From Azolla caroliniana (taxonomy: Eukaryota > Plantae > Polypodiophyta), in contig JBHGNT010000004.1 in assembly GCA_043228905.1 (NCBI GenBank), positions 24,552,001 through 24,616,000 of the forward strand: DNA of 64,000 bases, read 5' to 3'. How positions within the stretch are numbered: position 1 is the first letter of the stretch; every line of letters starts with the position of its first letter. The notes under the pieces are model-generated. The model was not told the origin of the DNA and ran no database searches. It saw only the letters and a program-made list of their open reading frames with translations. A program made the position numbers and the translations under genes. This document shows, piece after piece, positions 23,099 through 34,993 of this stretch.

Positions 23099-26000
23099 TG
23101 TAAGAAATCAAGCAATAACACAAGAGATAGGAAGAAGATAACAGGGAGAGAGAGAGAGAGATCAAGATCCAACAATTGTATTTCTCACATCATATGAATA
23201 GTGGTTACAATGTGTATATATGAGAGAAAGGGTGGTTACAAAAACGTTTTTATAAATGAGGGGTATTTTGGGAAATATTATTTATTACTTTATTTATCAT
23301 AATATGTTTTATTTTTATTCCTAATATTATACTTTATTTTATATTCTAACACCCCCCCATAAAATAAAGTGTTTATTTTTCTTTATTGATCTTGCTAATA
23401 CTAAGACCAATTTTATTACAACAATTCCAATGTTTTTGTTGTGGTACTGGCTTCGTCAAAAAATCCGCCCACATTGTTGTAGTAGATGTATAATGTAAAG
23501 ACATTTCTTTTGCTTCTACCAACTCTCGAATAAAATGATGTCGTGCTCTTATATGTTTATTTTGATCCGTGATCTTTGGGTTGATAGCTAGCTTAATACA
23601 TGACTGATTGTCGCAAAATACTTTGACTTCATTAAGCTTTATGATGTCGAGCTCTTCAATGATCGTCTTTATCCACAATCCTTCTTTTGCCACTAATGCC
23701 GCCGCAACATATTCCGCTTCGGTGTTAGAAAGAGCCACTGATACTTGACGTTTGGTTCTCCATGCAATATGAAAACCATACCAGATGTCGAGCGGGAGGT
23801 ATCAAGATCCCCCCCCCCAATCCGAATCCGTCCAACCGACTAATGGTGTTTGGAGCCAACCATTAATTTGGGACGAATTCCTAGATTGGAAAGACTTGTA
23901 TGTGAGACTGATGTCTTTAGTGTATTGTAGATAGCGAAGAACTCGCTTTAAAGCATTCCAATGAGCTACTCCGGGATTCTGCATAAATCTAGAAAGAAAA
24001 GCAGCTGAGTAAGAAAAATCCGGACGTGTACAACTCACAAGATACCTTATACTTCCAAGGATTTGTCGATAAGGAAGTGTTTTCATGAGTTTCTCTTCTT
24101 CCACGGTCTTTGGACTATCATTGGATGATAGTTTGCACGGTACGGTCATTGGTGTTGCAATAGGTTTGCAATCAGACATCGCGAACTTGTGAAGAATTTC
24201 TTCGACCAACTTTCGTTGCGACATAGTAAGTGTGCCTTCCGTCCTATTCCTTGTTACCTTGATACCAAGGCAATACTCTAGTGGTCCTAGGTCTTTGACG
24301 GGAAACTTCTCCTTGAGTTGATTTATAGCCTTTCGCATTGAAGTAGTAGAGTTTGAGGCAATTGGCAAATCATCAACATACACACCAATGATTACATAGT
24401 CACTTCCTTCTTTACGAATGTACAGATTTGGCTCGGCTTGAAGACGCCAAAAATTAATAGACATAAGAAATGTATGGAGCTTGTGGTGCCACATTCGTGG
24501 AGATTGTTTCAAACCATACAATCACTTATGAAGCTTACACACATACTTTGGGAATTTTGAATCTTCAAAAAATGGCGGTTGTTGCATGAATATTTCTTCA
24601 TTTAAGTCACCATGTAAAAATGCGGTTTCGATATCTAAGTGGTGAAGTTCGAGATTAAAACCGGCCGAAAAAGCAAGCATGACTCATAATGGAACCATTT
24701 TTAGTGTCGGCGCAAATGTTTCTTTAAAATCCACACCAGGAATTTGTGAAAAACCACGAGCGACGACACGAGCTTTATATCTTGTCACTACACCATGTGC
24801 ATCCTTCTTCTTCGTAAGTACCCACTTACTAGATATGACATTGCGATTCTTTGGTCGTGGCACTAAAGTCCATGTTCCATTGCGCATGAGTGCCTCCATC
24901 TCCGTTTGCATCGCCGACTTCCACATTTCACTCTCGGGACCATTAAGGGCTGCTTTTGGAGTGAGATTTATGTCCTCAAGTGGAATATCACCTTCGTTAT
25001 CTTCAATCTCGTCAATAGTCTCCGGTCCGAAGTCGGCCATGAGTGCTTCGAATGGACGTGTGGCTTCCATGATTTCGTAAATATTACGAAATTTTTGCTT
25101 GATTGGTTGCGGCTGATCATCAAAATCCTCATTTGTTGGGTAAGTGTCGGGTAGAGAAGGAAATATATTGACATTAGGTGATGCTTCTGGTGTGAAACCT
25201 ATATGTGGATGACTTAAGTTCACATGAGATTGATTAGTTACACTTTTTCTTGTGTAAAAAGGTGTGAATAGGTTATTATTTGGTGAAGAGTAAATAGGTG
25301 TGAATACATTATTATTTGGTGAAGAATAACGTTGGGGAATTAGTTCCTCAACTGAATTGGATAAGCGGGAAGAGTTGGCGTGCTCCAAAACAGTGTCTGC
25401 ACCTATAAAAGAACTCGCTCCACCTCCCAAGTCCTTACTTCTTCTCGGTGATGGCGTTTCCTTCTGCTCCAATGCTTTGCCGCCACCGCCATCTTGCTGC
25501 AAATCGAGCTTCTCCTGCTGTTGGCCGCGCTGAAGCTGCTGGTGGCTGAGCTGATGATGCTCGTATATTGATTGTTGCCGTGCTTCTGATGGCCGTGTTG
25601 ATGGGGGTCGAGCTGCAGGTCGTTCTGGTCATGCCCGAGCCGATTTTGAAGGTGGCCCACCTGCTCATCATGAAGTTGATCGTCACTCTGATTTTGTGGG
25701 GAATATTGAATTTGTGGAGAATCATCATGCCTATCATGTTGAAAATGACCACTTTCATGTGGATTCATCAGAAATGTTGATGTAGGGGAGCAATGAATAA
25801 ATTCGACTTCTTCATTCTGTCTGCTTTCAGGATTCTTTCTTTGCCATCGACTACCAGCTTTGTTAGGCACCTTTTCTAAATCTTTCACCAATATTGTCTT
25901 TATAAGTTTTGCGATTTGGATGATCTTTCTTTTCATCATCTGTAGCCTGCATGTCGTGTATGTCTTCATTTCCTATGTGATAGTGTAAATCTTCTTTGTA

Positions 26001-27275
26001 TGATGATCTTAATCCTTTCTTGTTAGGGTAGGTCGGATTAGTGTACAAGTAATGCGTTACTCCTTCCTCCTCATCTTCTGCTCGAACATCTGCATGTTTC
26101 TGATTTTGAAACTGCTTCCCGAAACTCCTTGTGATCGGACCACCGTAATTTTCTATTTGTGAAACATTTGGAGTAATTAGATCATCAATCCTTAAATTCT
26201 GTTTAAAATCGCGTACCTCATGTTGTTTTTGTTGTTGAAGTAAACTAATCTCATTGAAGATAACTGATCGACTATAGAAACACTTTTGTGTATGAGGATC
26301 AAATAGCTTGTATGCTTTAACTCCGGAAGCTTCACCATATCCAATAAAAAAGCATTTTCTAGTGTGTGGATCTAACTTCTTCCATTTATCTGCAGGTATA
26401 TGACTGTAGGCGATCGAACCGAACACTCGGAGGTGACCAAGGTTAGGTTTTTGCTTAAACCAGAGTGAATGTGGTGTTTGAAGACCCAATATCTTATGTG
26501 GAGATCTATTTTGCAGGTAACAAGCAGTCGCAACTGCTTCTTGCCAAAATCGAAGAGGCAATCCAGCTACTTGAAGCATACTTCGACTAGCATCTAGGAG
26601 TGCCCGATTCTTGCGCTCAATTACACCATTTTGTTGCGGGTTGTATGGTACAGTATGTTCATGTCTTATTCCATTTTCTTTACAAAAACTGTTCCATTCA
26701 TCACTAAAATATTCCCCTCCATTGTCAGTACGAATAGTCAAAATCTTATGTTGACACTGGTTTTCTACATATGCTTTATAATTTGTGAATGCATTGTATG
26801 CTCCAGATTTCTTCTTCAGAAAGTATAAGATTGTGAATCTTCTGTAGTCATCTATGAATGTAATAAAATACTTGTTACTGTTTATTGATACAGATTGCAT
26901 AGGTCCACATAAGTCTGAATGAATGAGTTGTAGTGGTCTTTCCGTCCTTTTCTGTTTGCTTATTGGAAACTTTTGTCGACATTGCTTGCCGTAGATGCAT
27001 CCCTCGCATATAGATATATAGCTGAATGACTTTGTTGGAATTCCTTCGAATAATTTATGAACTTGACCAGTCTTCATCGCCTTTGGGTTAAGATGCCCGA
27101 GTCGATGATGCCAAAGCATTGTAGGGTCAATAGGTGACGCGCTTGATGCAAATAGGGCTTGTATAGGAGTTTTATCCATCATTTGTAAAGGGTAGAGTCT
27201 TCTAGATTTGGGGCAAGTCACTCTTAACATCTCACCAGTAGGTAATTCATGAGAAATAACCGCAAAATCATTATT
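23099..27275 (-). mobile_element. 5'-truncated Ty1/copia element inserted in exon 1 of BAHD pseudogene 2
   Basis: 3' LTR 23099-23351 (tgtaag...ctaaca) with G7 PPT; RNase H (ALSNTEAEY, CDNQS, ADFLTK), RT (YKARVVARGF, YGLKQSPR, YVDD), integrase (WHHRLGH, HSDLCGP, TDNGGEY, QNGVIER). Confidence 0.92.
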
Positions 27276-28529
27276 GGGTTGATGGACGAGGATGAAGAAG
27301 ATAGGAGCAAAATCCCAACATAAATATAAACCACACACAGAGTGACGTGAATCTCGTTTCTAATAGTATGACATTGTCTTTTTTTGTATATGTATGTATT
27401 CCAAAATGGGCCCAACAATTTTGATGAAACATATCTTCAAATTATGTACAAATGTCAATCAATGTCTGTACCTCCAAAAAGGTGGAGCCCACCTCCCGTC
27501 CCACAAATACACATGAATCTTGTTCCTACACAAATCAATTCTAGACCCTCCTCATCTTATTGCCCAACATGGTTCGGTTTCACACAAATGTGCAGAACAC
27601 ATTAGGAATTCATCCTCTAAAGAAAGGCTTGGGTAGTATCGGCTTTTTTTTTGGCAATCGCTTTGATGAGTTTCTCACGTTTCGTTCGAGGAAGAGGCAA
27701 TACAATACACAAGAGTCCAGTTGCCACAAATGAGTTGCATTGCCACCCACATGCCAAAATTCGCCATAAAAAATCATAAGTAACTTTATTTAAGCAAAAT
27801 TCAAGGCAACTACTTAATGGATATGAGTGTAGGATTAATGGAAATATAGGTGGGTGCGTCCATGTGTATGTTGCATTAAAAAATATCCTTTTTTTCATTG
27901 TCATCTCATAAGCATCAATGTATTGTAAATATAGGTGGGTGTGTCCATGTTTATGCCGCATTAAATATCCTTTTTTTCATTGTCATCTCATAAGCATTAA
28001 TGTGTTAGCCATCTTGGCATTTTATTGTATATGCCAGGCTCCAGCCCATATTGCTTTCAAACAATGGGAACTCAAAACCTAGAACAAGTCAACTTGTGGA
28101 AATTTCTGACATAACCTTTGCGGGCTAACATGGCAAAAAGTAGTAGAGTACCATATTAACACAAAAACTATAATACTATCCTAGTTTTGTGAATGTACAA
28201 TTTTATTGAGATTCAAATTTCTAGCTTCAAAATGGAAACTATGATCAGCGCTAGAGTTTTAATCATTTCTGAAATAAATACTTTACACTCTTCAGTCCTC
28301 CCCCAGTTAATATAGATAGATGGATGCATATAATCAATAAAAACAGTCATGCTTTAAATTCCAGTCAATCCAATTGTAATTTGCCAACAATGGAATAGGT
28401 GTTCGTTCTTGAATATGTCTAGGCATTTTCCAAAACACTGAATTGTTAAATCACATTTAAACCAATATTGACTTAAATGAAGGTATAAAAGGGTAACAGA
28501 TATGACTCTAGAGCGCATGCACCACAATT

Positions 28530-28800
28530 AATGTCAGAAAGGTACCGCAATGGCATACTGCGCACTGGGTCGGTGAATGACGTCAAACTCGAATTCGTGA
28601 TGCAATAGCACCTATCGGGCCCTTTTACCAGTCAATGAGCTTTTAGCCACAATATAGAACAACGCGGCGTGGTCGACGTGAAACGTGAATCTTCGCCCGA
28701 GCAAGTAGTGCCGGAACTGGGTTACGCTAAAAATAAGACTCAAGGCCTCACGTTTTGTTGTTGAGTAGTTGCATTCGGTCTAGGAAAGATTTATTAGATT
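28530..28800 (-). pseudogene. Gypsy RNase H fragment
   Basis: ERNYSTTKREAL...FRHYLLGRRFTFHVDHAAL-like reading; homologous to 34990-35100. Confidence 0.7.
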
Positions 28801-28890
28801 CGATAGCCTTGCCACACGGTTCAAGGAATTATTTCAACGGCATGTACCGTTCAAAGAGCTCCACGTTGCCTATTACTCGGCATGTCGCGT

Positions 28891-31800
28891 TGTCGTGCCT
28901 TTCGGCGCCAGATCGTTGCGTGAGTCGGGTGGGAACCGCTGGGGTTTTGGACTAGGAAGAGGAGAGTTTTAAGGCTAATAAGAATATAAATATGTTGTAA
29001 GAAAGAGTTATAGCAAACTCGTGAATCCCACGAGTGTATAGATTAATCAATATGAATATAAGAATATAAACTTCGGTTGAAAGAGAATGATATAGAATTC
29101 TCGTGAATCCCACGAGTATAGTTTATTAATTGGTGTTTTTTAGAAACATATCCAGTTTCCAAATATTTTTCACACACAATTACATTGTGCTCCCCATCCT
29201 TATGTAGTGATGAGGAAGTCTTAGTAATCCATGCTTTTTCTCTAACTATAGACCCCATGCTTTTCCTATAGATAGACTATATGCTTTATCTAAAGTGATC
29301 ATGCTTTTTCTAACTTGTGCGTTTTTTATCATGCACGCTAGATGTGTATGTGTAGCTTTTTCTTTTGTTATGCGTTTTTCTAATGTTTATCCTAGCGTGA
29401 ATTTACCTTTCTATGTGGGACATCTATGCTTTAACACTAATGAAATGCTAGTGTAATGGTAAGACATTACATTATTAACATGGAGATGCAAGGTTCGAAT
29501 CTTGCCCTAAGCATGTTCCATTTATTTTGCTATTTTCTTCTATTTCTTCATTTTTTATTGAATCTAATACTATATACGTTTTTCACGTAGTGTACAAAAT
29601 ACACTATGACACTCACCCCCTCCAAACCCGCACATCCTCCGGTATGTGCCGAAGTTGTTGGTGTTTGTTAGTCTCCTCCGTCCGGTCTCTACCCGATTGG
29701 TTTCGTTGCCGGCTCGTAGTACCCTCGACTTCTCTTGTTATGTTGACTTTGTCTCTCCATTTGGAGCACATCCATTCTTTCACCCGAACCATTGTCGACA
29801 TCCGATCCACCATAGTCTTCGTTCGCTTTTTGCATGGCCCGCTTGGTCCTTGTCATCCGCGGTAGTATCTTTTCTTGCCCTCTTTCTTTTCTTCATCAAT
29901 CTCGACGTCTTTTCGGATTTTCGGTTTAGTCGGATTAGCTTACTTCCGATTCGGTCTCGTCGGATCGTCTTTCGTTTAGTTCGGCTTCCTTTCCGATTTG
30001 TATTCGGTCGATCCGGACTCGGTTGATCGGTTTTTACCGATTCAGTGCTCTTTCGGGTCGGTTTCTTTTCTTTTCTTTTCGTCCGGATTTGCTTTCTTTT
30101 CTTCGTTTTCACCTGCCTTGTCCGGTTCGACTTTCGGCACTTCTTTCCGTTGTTCGCTACGTAGGTCCTCCGATATGTGCTCGTTGTTTGGTCCTCGTGT
30201 GGTTGTAATGCATGCTTCTTTTCTCGCCGTAGCGCGTGCTTCTTTATTCGCCATAACACGCGTTTCTTTATTCGCCGTAGAGCGTGCTCTGTATTACGCG
30301 CTTCTCCCGTCGTAGACCCGACCTCCGCATTGTCGCACTTTCTTTTAGATTGGAATTTCGGATGGATCATTTTCCATCCGAACCGACTTCCGACTTTACC
30401 TTCCTCGCCGCCATCTCCCGTCTCTCCGGTCTCACGTTGGTTCTCGGACACAACCGCCGAAGTCTCTAGATATTGTTGGCATGAATCCTCGGTATTACCT
30501 TCTTTCGTAGTTTCACCCTTAGCATTCTTCTCGGCTATCTCTTCATCGTATTCGTCGGCTTCGACATTCGTTTTCTCTCCGCCACCTTCCGTCTCTTCGG
30601 TCTCACGTTGCCTTTCGATCGCAACCGCCGGAGTCTCTGGAATCAGTGGTGGGGAAGTCTCGATATGGCAATCCGCCATTGATTCGTCCATAGCCACCTC
30701 CGATTCGATTTCGTCTTTTGTGGCTACCTCCTTAATCACATCCGCTTCACACTCTTTATCTGCATCAATTATGCAAACATCTATTATGCTTACCCCTTTT
30801 TGACCCGATGTCTCGGACACTTGTATCCCGAAATTTCCTTCTACACTTGAATTATCGGCCTTATCCTTCGCCATCGTTCTTTCACAAGACGAGTGGGTGT
30901 CTTGTTCCACTCTTTCTCCCGTGGTACCATCATGTTGTATTTCGGCCTTCATATTGGCTTCATCGTTTTTCCTCAATCGACCATCCTTCATGGGCCATGT
31001 CGTTGTTGACGAGATTCTCAGCTTCCTTTCATCATGTCTTCGGCATACCCTTTCGACTTTAGCCCAATCCTCGGTAAGACCATTCGTACCGTCATCATCT
31101 TCGAGTTCGATCCCAATGTCCATCCTTTCTTTCCGATCGATCGATCTTACGAACATTAAGACTTTATCTTCTCCCACCAATCGTTGTTCCCGCTCCGAGA
31201 GTCGAGCAAGACGATGCTCGAACTCTAGGAATGCTTGTGTTGCACTTCGGTGGGTCTTCTCCGATGCCACCCATTCGTCGAATTTTCGCCGATCTTGTCC
31301 CTTTGATCTCTTGTAATCATATGACTCTCGTAAAGCTTCTTCGAATGACCCCCATGTCGAGTTTTGTTGCCGTATCTTGTGGATTCTCTCTTGTAGCTCA
31401 TCCGTGGCCACCCGATTGAAGGATGTCACTTGCAATCCTTCCGGTATCCCACATCGTATCATCTCCGCCTTGTAGTCACGTAGATAGCGTGACACATCGT
31501 TTCCGTTGAATTGTCCGTTTCGTTGTACGAGCCGCTTTACTGCCCCCGTGATCTCCGACATCACTCGTTGTTCTTGTAGCATCCGCTCGAACATCATCAT
31601 CATCATGTTCATCGCCTCTTGTTGATTCTCCATCTCCTTGCCACCCGCCTTCGCGTCGGGTTCACCAACTGTGTCGTGCCTTTCGGCGCCAGATCGTTGC
31701 GTGAGTCGGGTGGGAACCGCTGGGGTTTTGGACTAGGAAGAGGAGAGTTTTAAGGCTAATAAGAATATAAATATGTTGTAAGAAAGAGTTATAGCAAACT

Positions 31801-32392
31801 CGTGAATCCCACGAGTGTATAGATTAATCAATATGAATATAAGAATATAAACTTCGGTTGAAAGAGAATGATATAGAATTCTCGTGAATCCCACGAGTAT
31901 AGTTTATTAATTGGTGTTTTTTAGAAACATATCCAGTTTCCAAATATTTTTCACACACAATTACATTGTGCTCCCCATCCTTATGTAGTGATGAGGAAGT
32001 CTTAGTAATCCATGCTTTTTCTCTAACTATAGACCCCATGCTTTTCCTATAGATAGACTATATGCTTTATCTAAAGTGATCATGCTTTTTCTAACTTGTG
32101 CGTTTTTTATCATGCACGCTAGATGTGTATGTGTAGCTTTTTCTTTTGTTATGCGTTTTTCTAATGTTTATCCTAGCGTGAATTTACCTTTCTATGTGGG
32201 ACATCTATGCTTTAACACTAATGAAATGCTAGTGTAATGGTAAGACATTACATTATTAACATGGAGATGCAAGGTTCGAATCTTGCCCTATGCATGTTCC
32301 ATTTATTTTGCTATTTTCTTCTATTTCTTCATTTTTTATTGAATCTAATACTATATACGTTTTTCACGTAGTGTACAAAATACACTATGACA
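28891..32392 (-). mobile_element. Complete, very young non-autonomous gag-only LTR retrotransposon (TR-GAG-like), 4-bp TSD GCGT
   Basis: 721-bp LTRs 28891-29611 and 31672-32392 with one mismatch seen; PBS tggtgaacccgacg complementary to tRNA-Trp 3' end; PPT ggagggggtgag; GCGT at 28887-28890 and 32393-32396. Confidence 0.95.
29780..31633 (-). CDS. gag: Gag-derived protein (617 aa) with acidic linker and long Lys/Arg-rich tail; no PR, RT or IN
   Basis: N-terminal ~200 aa clearly homologous to ORF 47888 (RNGQFNG.DVSRYLRDYKAEM.RCGI.EGLQV.SFNRVATD); uninterrupted. Confidence 0.88.
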   Translation of the reverse strand: MENQQEAMNMMMMMFERMLQEQRVMSEITGAVKRLVQRNGQFNGNDVSRYLRDYKAEMIRCGIPEGLQVTSFNRVATDELQERIHKIRQQNSTWGSFEEALRESYDYKRSKGQDRRKFDEWVASEKTHRSATQAFLEFEHRLARLSEREQRLVGEDKVLMFVRSIDRKERMDIGIELEDDDGTNGLTEDWAKVERVCRRHDERKLRISSTTTWPMKDGRLRKNDEANMKAEIQHDGTTGERVEQDTHSSCERTMAKDKADNSSVEGNFGIQVSETSGQKGVSIIDVCIIDADKECEADVIKEVATKDEIESEVAMDESMADCHIETSPPLIPETPAVAIERQRETEETEGGGEKTNVEADEYDEEIAEKNAKGETTKEGNTEDSCQQYLETSAVVSENQRETGETGDGGEEGKVGSRFGWKMIHPKFQSKRKCDNAEVGSTTGEARNTEHALRRIKKRVLWRIKKHALRREKKHALQPHEDQTTSTYRRTYVANNGKKCRKSNRTRQVKTKKRKQIRTKRKEKKPTRKSTESVKTDQPSPDRPNTNRKGSRTKRKTIRRDRIGSKLIRLNRKSEKTSRLMKKRKRARKDTTADDKDQAGHAKSERRLWWIGCRQWFG

Positions 32393-32396
32393 GCGT

Positions 32397-33650
32397 TCAT
32401 ATTAGAGAACTTGGAATTTGAGGGTTTGTTAGTTTACTTCTATTATTCTACTTCTTACTCAAGATATTTTAGGGCTTGGATTCCTTCAACAATGACTTCT
32501 TCGGCATCTCGGTGGTAGTCAACTCGGTAGCCGGTGGCGTAAGGGAGGTTGTAGTGGCACGAGAGCTACTCCGAATCGAGGCAACATAGCCTTTGAAAGT
32601 AGTGAGACTCGGAGCCCACTGGACTCACCTTCGCCGGTTTATTTTAGCACCTTTGATTGATTTATAACCGATTATTGTAATAACCACCGAAATCGTGGTA
32701 TCAAGCCTAGCAATTGTAGAAAGAAAAGAAAAAACCCTCATTTATATCAAAACTTATGTATATTTCCCCATGTCTTTGACTTAATCTCCCACTTCCTCAC
32801 TACTTTTGTCTCCCCAATCCAAGGCCTCGGTGGTCCCGTTCAAGCGACACACGCACGCGAAAATGTTGCGACATTGGTGACCCCAACGTGAAATCCAAGG
32901 CCTCGGTGGTCCCGTTCAAGCGACACACGCATGTGAAAATGTTGCGACATTGGTGACCCCGACGTGAAAGAGCGATAGGGGAGGACGGACACAGATGAAG
33001 AAGATTGCATGGAGATGATGTTGAAGACGATGGTGGATTTCACGAGGGCAAGGCACAACGAAGAAGGAAAAAAAAACAAAAAAACAAAGGTTGACAACCT
33101 TTGGCCCCGCCACATCACTTTTTTCTTTGGCACATGCCGGAGGATGTGTGGTTTGGTGGGGGTGGATGTCATAGTGTGGCGTGTGCACTGTGAGAAAAAG
33201 CGAGGTTCCACGCACATCGCATGAAATAATGTAGAAAAAACTATGAAAGAAAACAAATAATAAGTAACTTGTAGTAGCTTTGTGGTTAAGGCTTAGAAGT
33301 ATATGTAGAGAGGTATAGAGTGTGAGTCTCTCTTCCTACAAATCAAGGAGGATTTTGCTCCCCTTCCATTTTTGTGATAAAAAAATAAAACAATAAAAGC
33401 ATGCAATGTAAAAATAGACGCCTCTTTCCTATATAAGAGGGGAGGAATAGGACTTATTATGGGGTCACCCATTTTGGCTTAGGGGTGTACCACTAGGGTT
33501 TCATCTTCTTCTCCTCTTCTTCTAGGGTTAGGGTTTTGTAGCCTCCCTTTCTCCTTATCCCTTTCTCATTCATCTTTTCTTCTTGGATTAGGGTTTTATA
33601 GCCTCCCTTTCTCCTTATCCCTTTCTCTTTCATCTTTTCTTCCAGCAACG
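32397..33650 (+). mobile_element. TRIM-like remnant: LTR 3' half, duplicated Trp PBS, ~200-bp internal region, PPT, LTR 5' part
   Basis: ...gttgcgaca-t-tggtgacccc(a/g)acgtg at 32875 and 32951 (76-bp duplication); PPT ggtttggtgggggtgga then TGTCAT at 33167. Confidence 0.65.
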
Positions 33651-34424
33651 GGTTAGAATTTCTAGGCTTGACATCACGATTAAGGTAGTTTTTACAACAA
33701 TCATTATGAAATAATCAAAGACTAAAATAATCTAGCGAAGGTGAGTCTAGTGGGCTCCGTGCTCCACTACTTCCGACGGCTATGTTGCCTTGATTCGGAG
33801 TAGCCCTCTTGCCACGACAACCTCCCTTCTGCAATTGGCCACTGAGTTGACCACCACCGAGATACCAAAAATGCCACTGTTTAAGAAATCCAAACCCTAA
33901 AATCTCGAGTAAGAAGTATAATAGGAGCAAAACTCACAAACCCTAAAATCATACATCCTCTAATATGTTGAGGAGAAAAGAAGAAAAGTAGAACCTCTCA
34001 AACCCTAACCCTAGAAAAAAAAGGAGGAGAAAGGGATAAGGAGAAAGGGAGGCTACAAAACCCTAACCCAAGAAGAATATGAGAAGATGAAAACCTATTG
34101 GTACACCCCTAAGGCAAAATGGGCGACCTTCGAATAAGCCTTTTTCGTCCCCTCTTATAGAGGAAAGAGGAGTCTATTTTTACATTGCATGCTTTTATTT
34201 ATTTATTTATTTATCACAAAAATTGAAGGGGAGCATAATCCTCCTTTATTTGTAGGGAGAGAGACTCGAACTATACACCTCTCTACATATACTTCTAAGC
34301 CTTAACAACTAAGCTACTACAAGTTACTTATTGTTTATTGTTTTTTATAGTTTTTTCTACATTATTTTATATGATGTGCGTGGAACCTAGCTTTTTCTCA
34401 CAGTGCACATGCCACACCACGACA
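33167..34424. repeat. Fold-back: two oppositely oriented LTR copies forming ~430-bp inverted arms
   Basis: 33167-33600 is the reverse complement of ~33990-34424 (e.g. tgtgcactgtgagaaaaag / ctttttctcacagtgcaca; ggggtgtacc / ggtacacccc). Confidence 0.85.
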
Positions 34425-34993
34425 ATGTGGTCCACGTGAAACGTGAACTTCACCCGAAAATGGAAGGGGAGCAAAATCTTCCTGTATTTGTAGGGAGAGA
34501 GACTCGAACTGTACACCTCTCTACATATACTTCTAAGCCTCAACAACTAAGCTACTACAAGTTACTTATTGTTTATTTCATACAATGTGCGTGGAACCTC
34601 GCTTTTTCTCACAGTGCACATGCCACACCACGATAGCGTGGTCCACGTGAAACGTGAACTTCACCCGAAAATGGAAGGGGATTTTACATTATTTCATACG
34701 ATGTGCGTGGAACCTCGCTTTTTCTCACAGTGCACATGCCACACCATGACAGGGTGGTCCACGTGAAACATGAACTTCACCCGAAAATGGAAGGGGAGCA
34801 AAATCCTCCTTTATTTGTAGGGAGGGAGACTCGAACTGTACACCTCTCTACATATACTTCTAAGCCTTAACAACTAAGCTACTACAAGTTACTTATTGTT
34901 TATTGTTTTTTATAGTTTTTTCGACATTATTTCATATGATGTGTGTGGACCCTCGCTTTTTCTCACAATGCACACGCCACACCATGACAGCGT
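34425..34993. repeat. Three additional tandem copies of the LTR-end/host junction
   Basis: ccacacca(c/t)ga(c/t)a-gcgt-ggtccacgtgaaacgtgaac ends at 34424, 34635, 34751 and 34989. Confidence 0.85.

Noticed and set aside
28883-28890. TGTCGCGT as the start of a host LTR interrupted by the gag-only element
   Set aside because: The downstream sequence matches the middle of the LTR family seen at 33660-33967 rather than an LTR start, and no TSD was found; unresolved.
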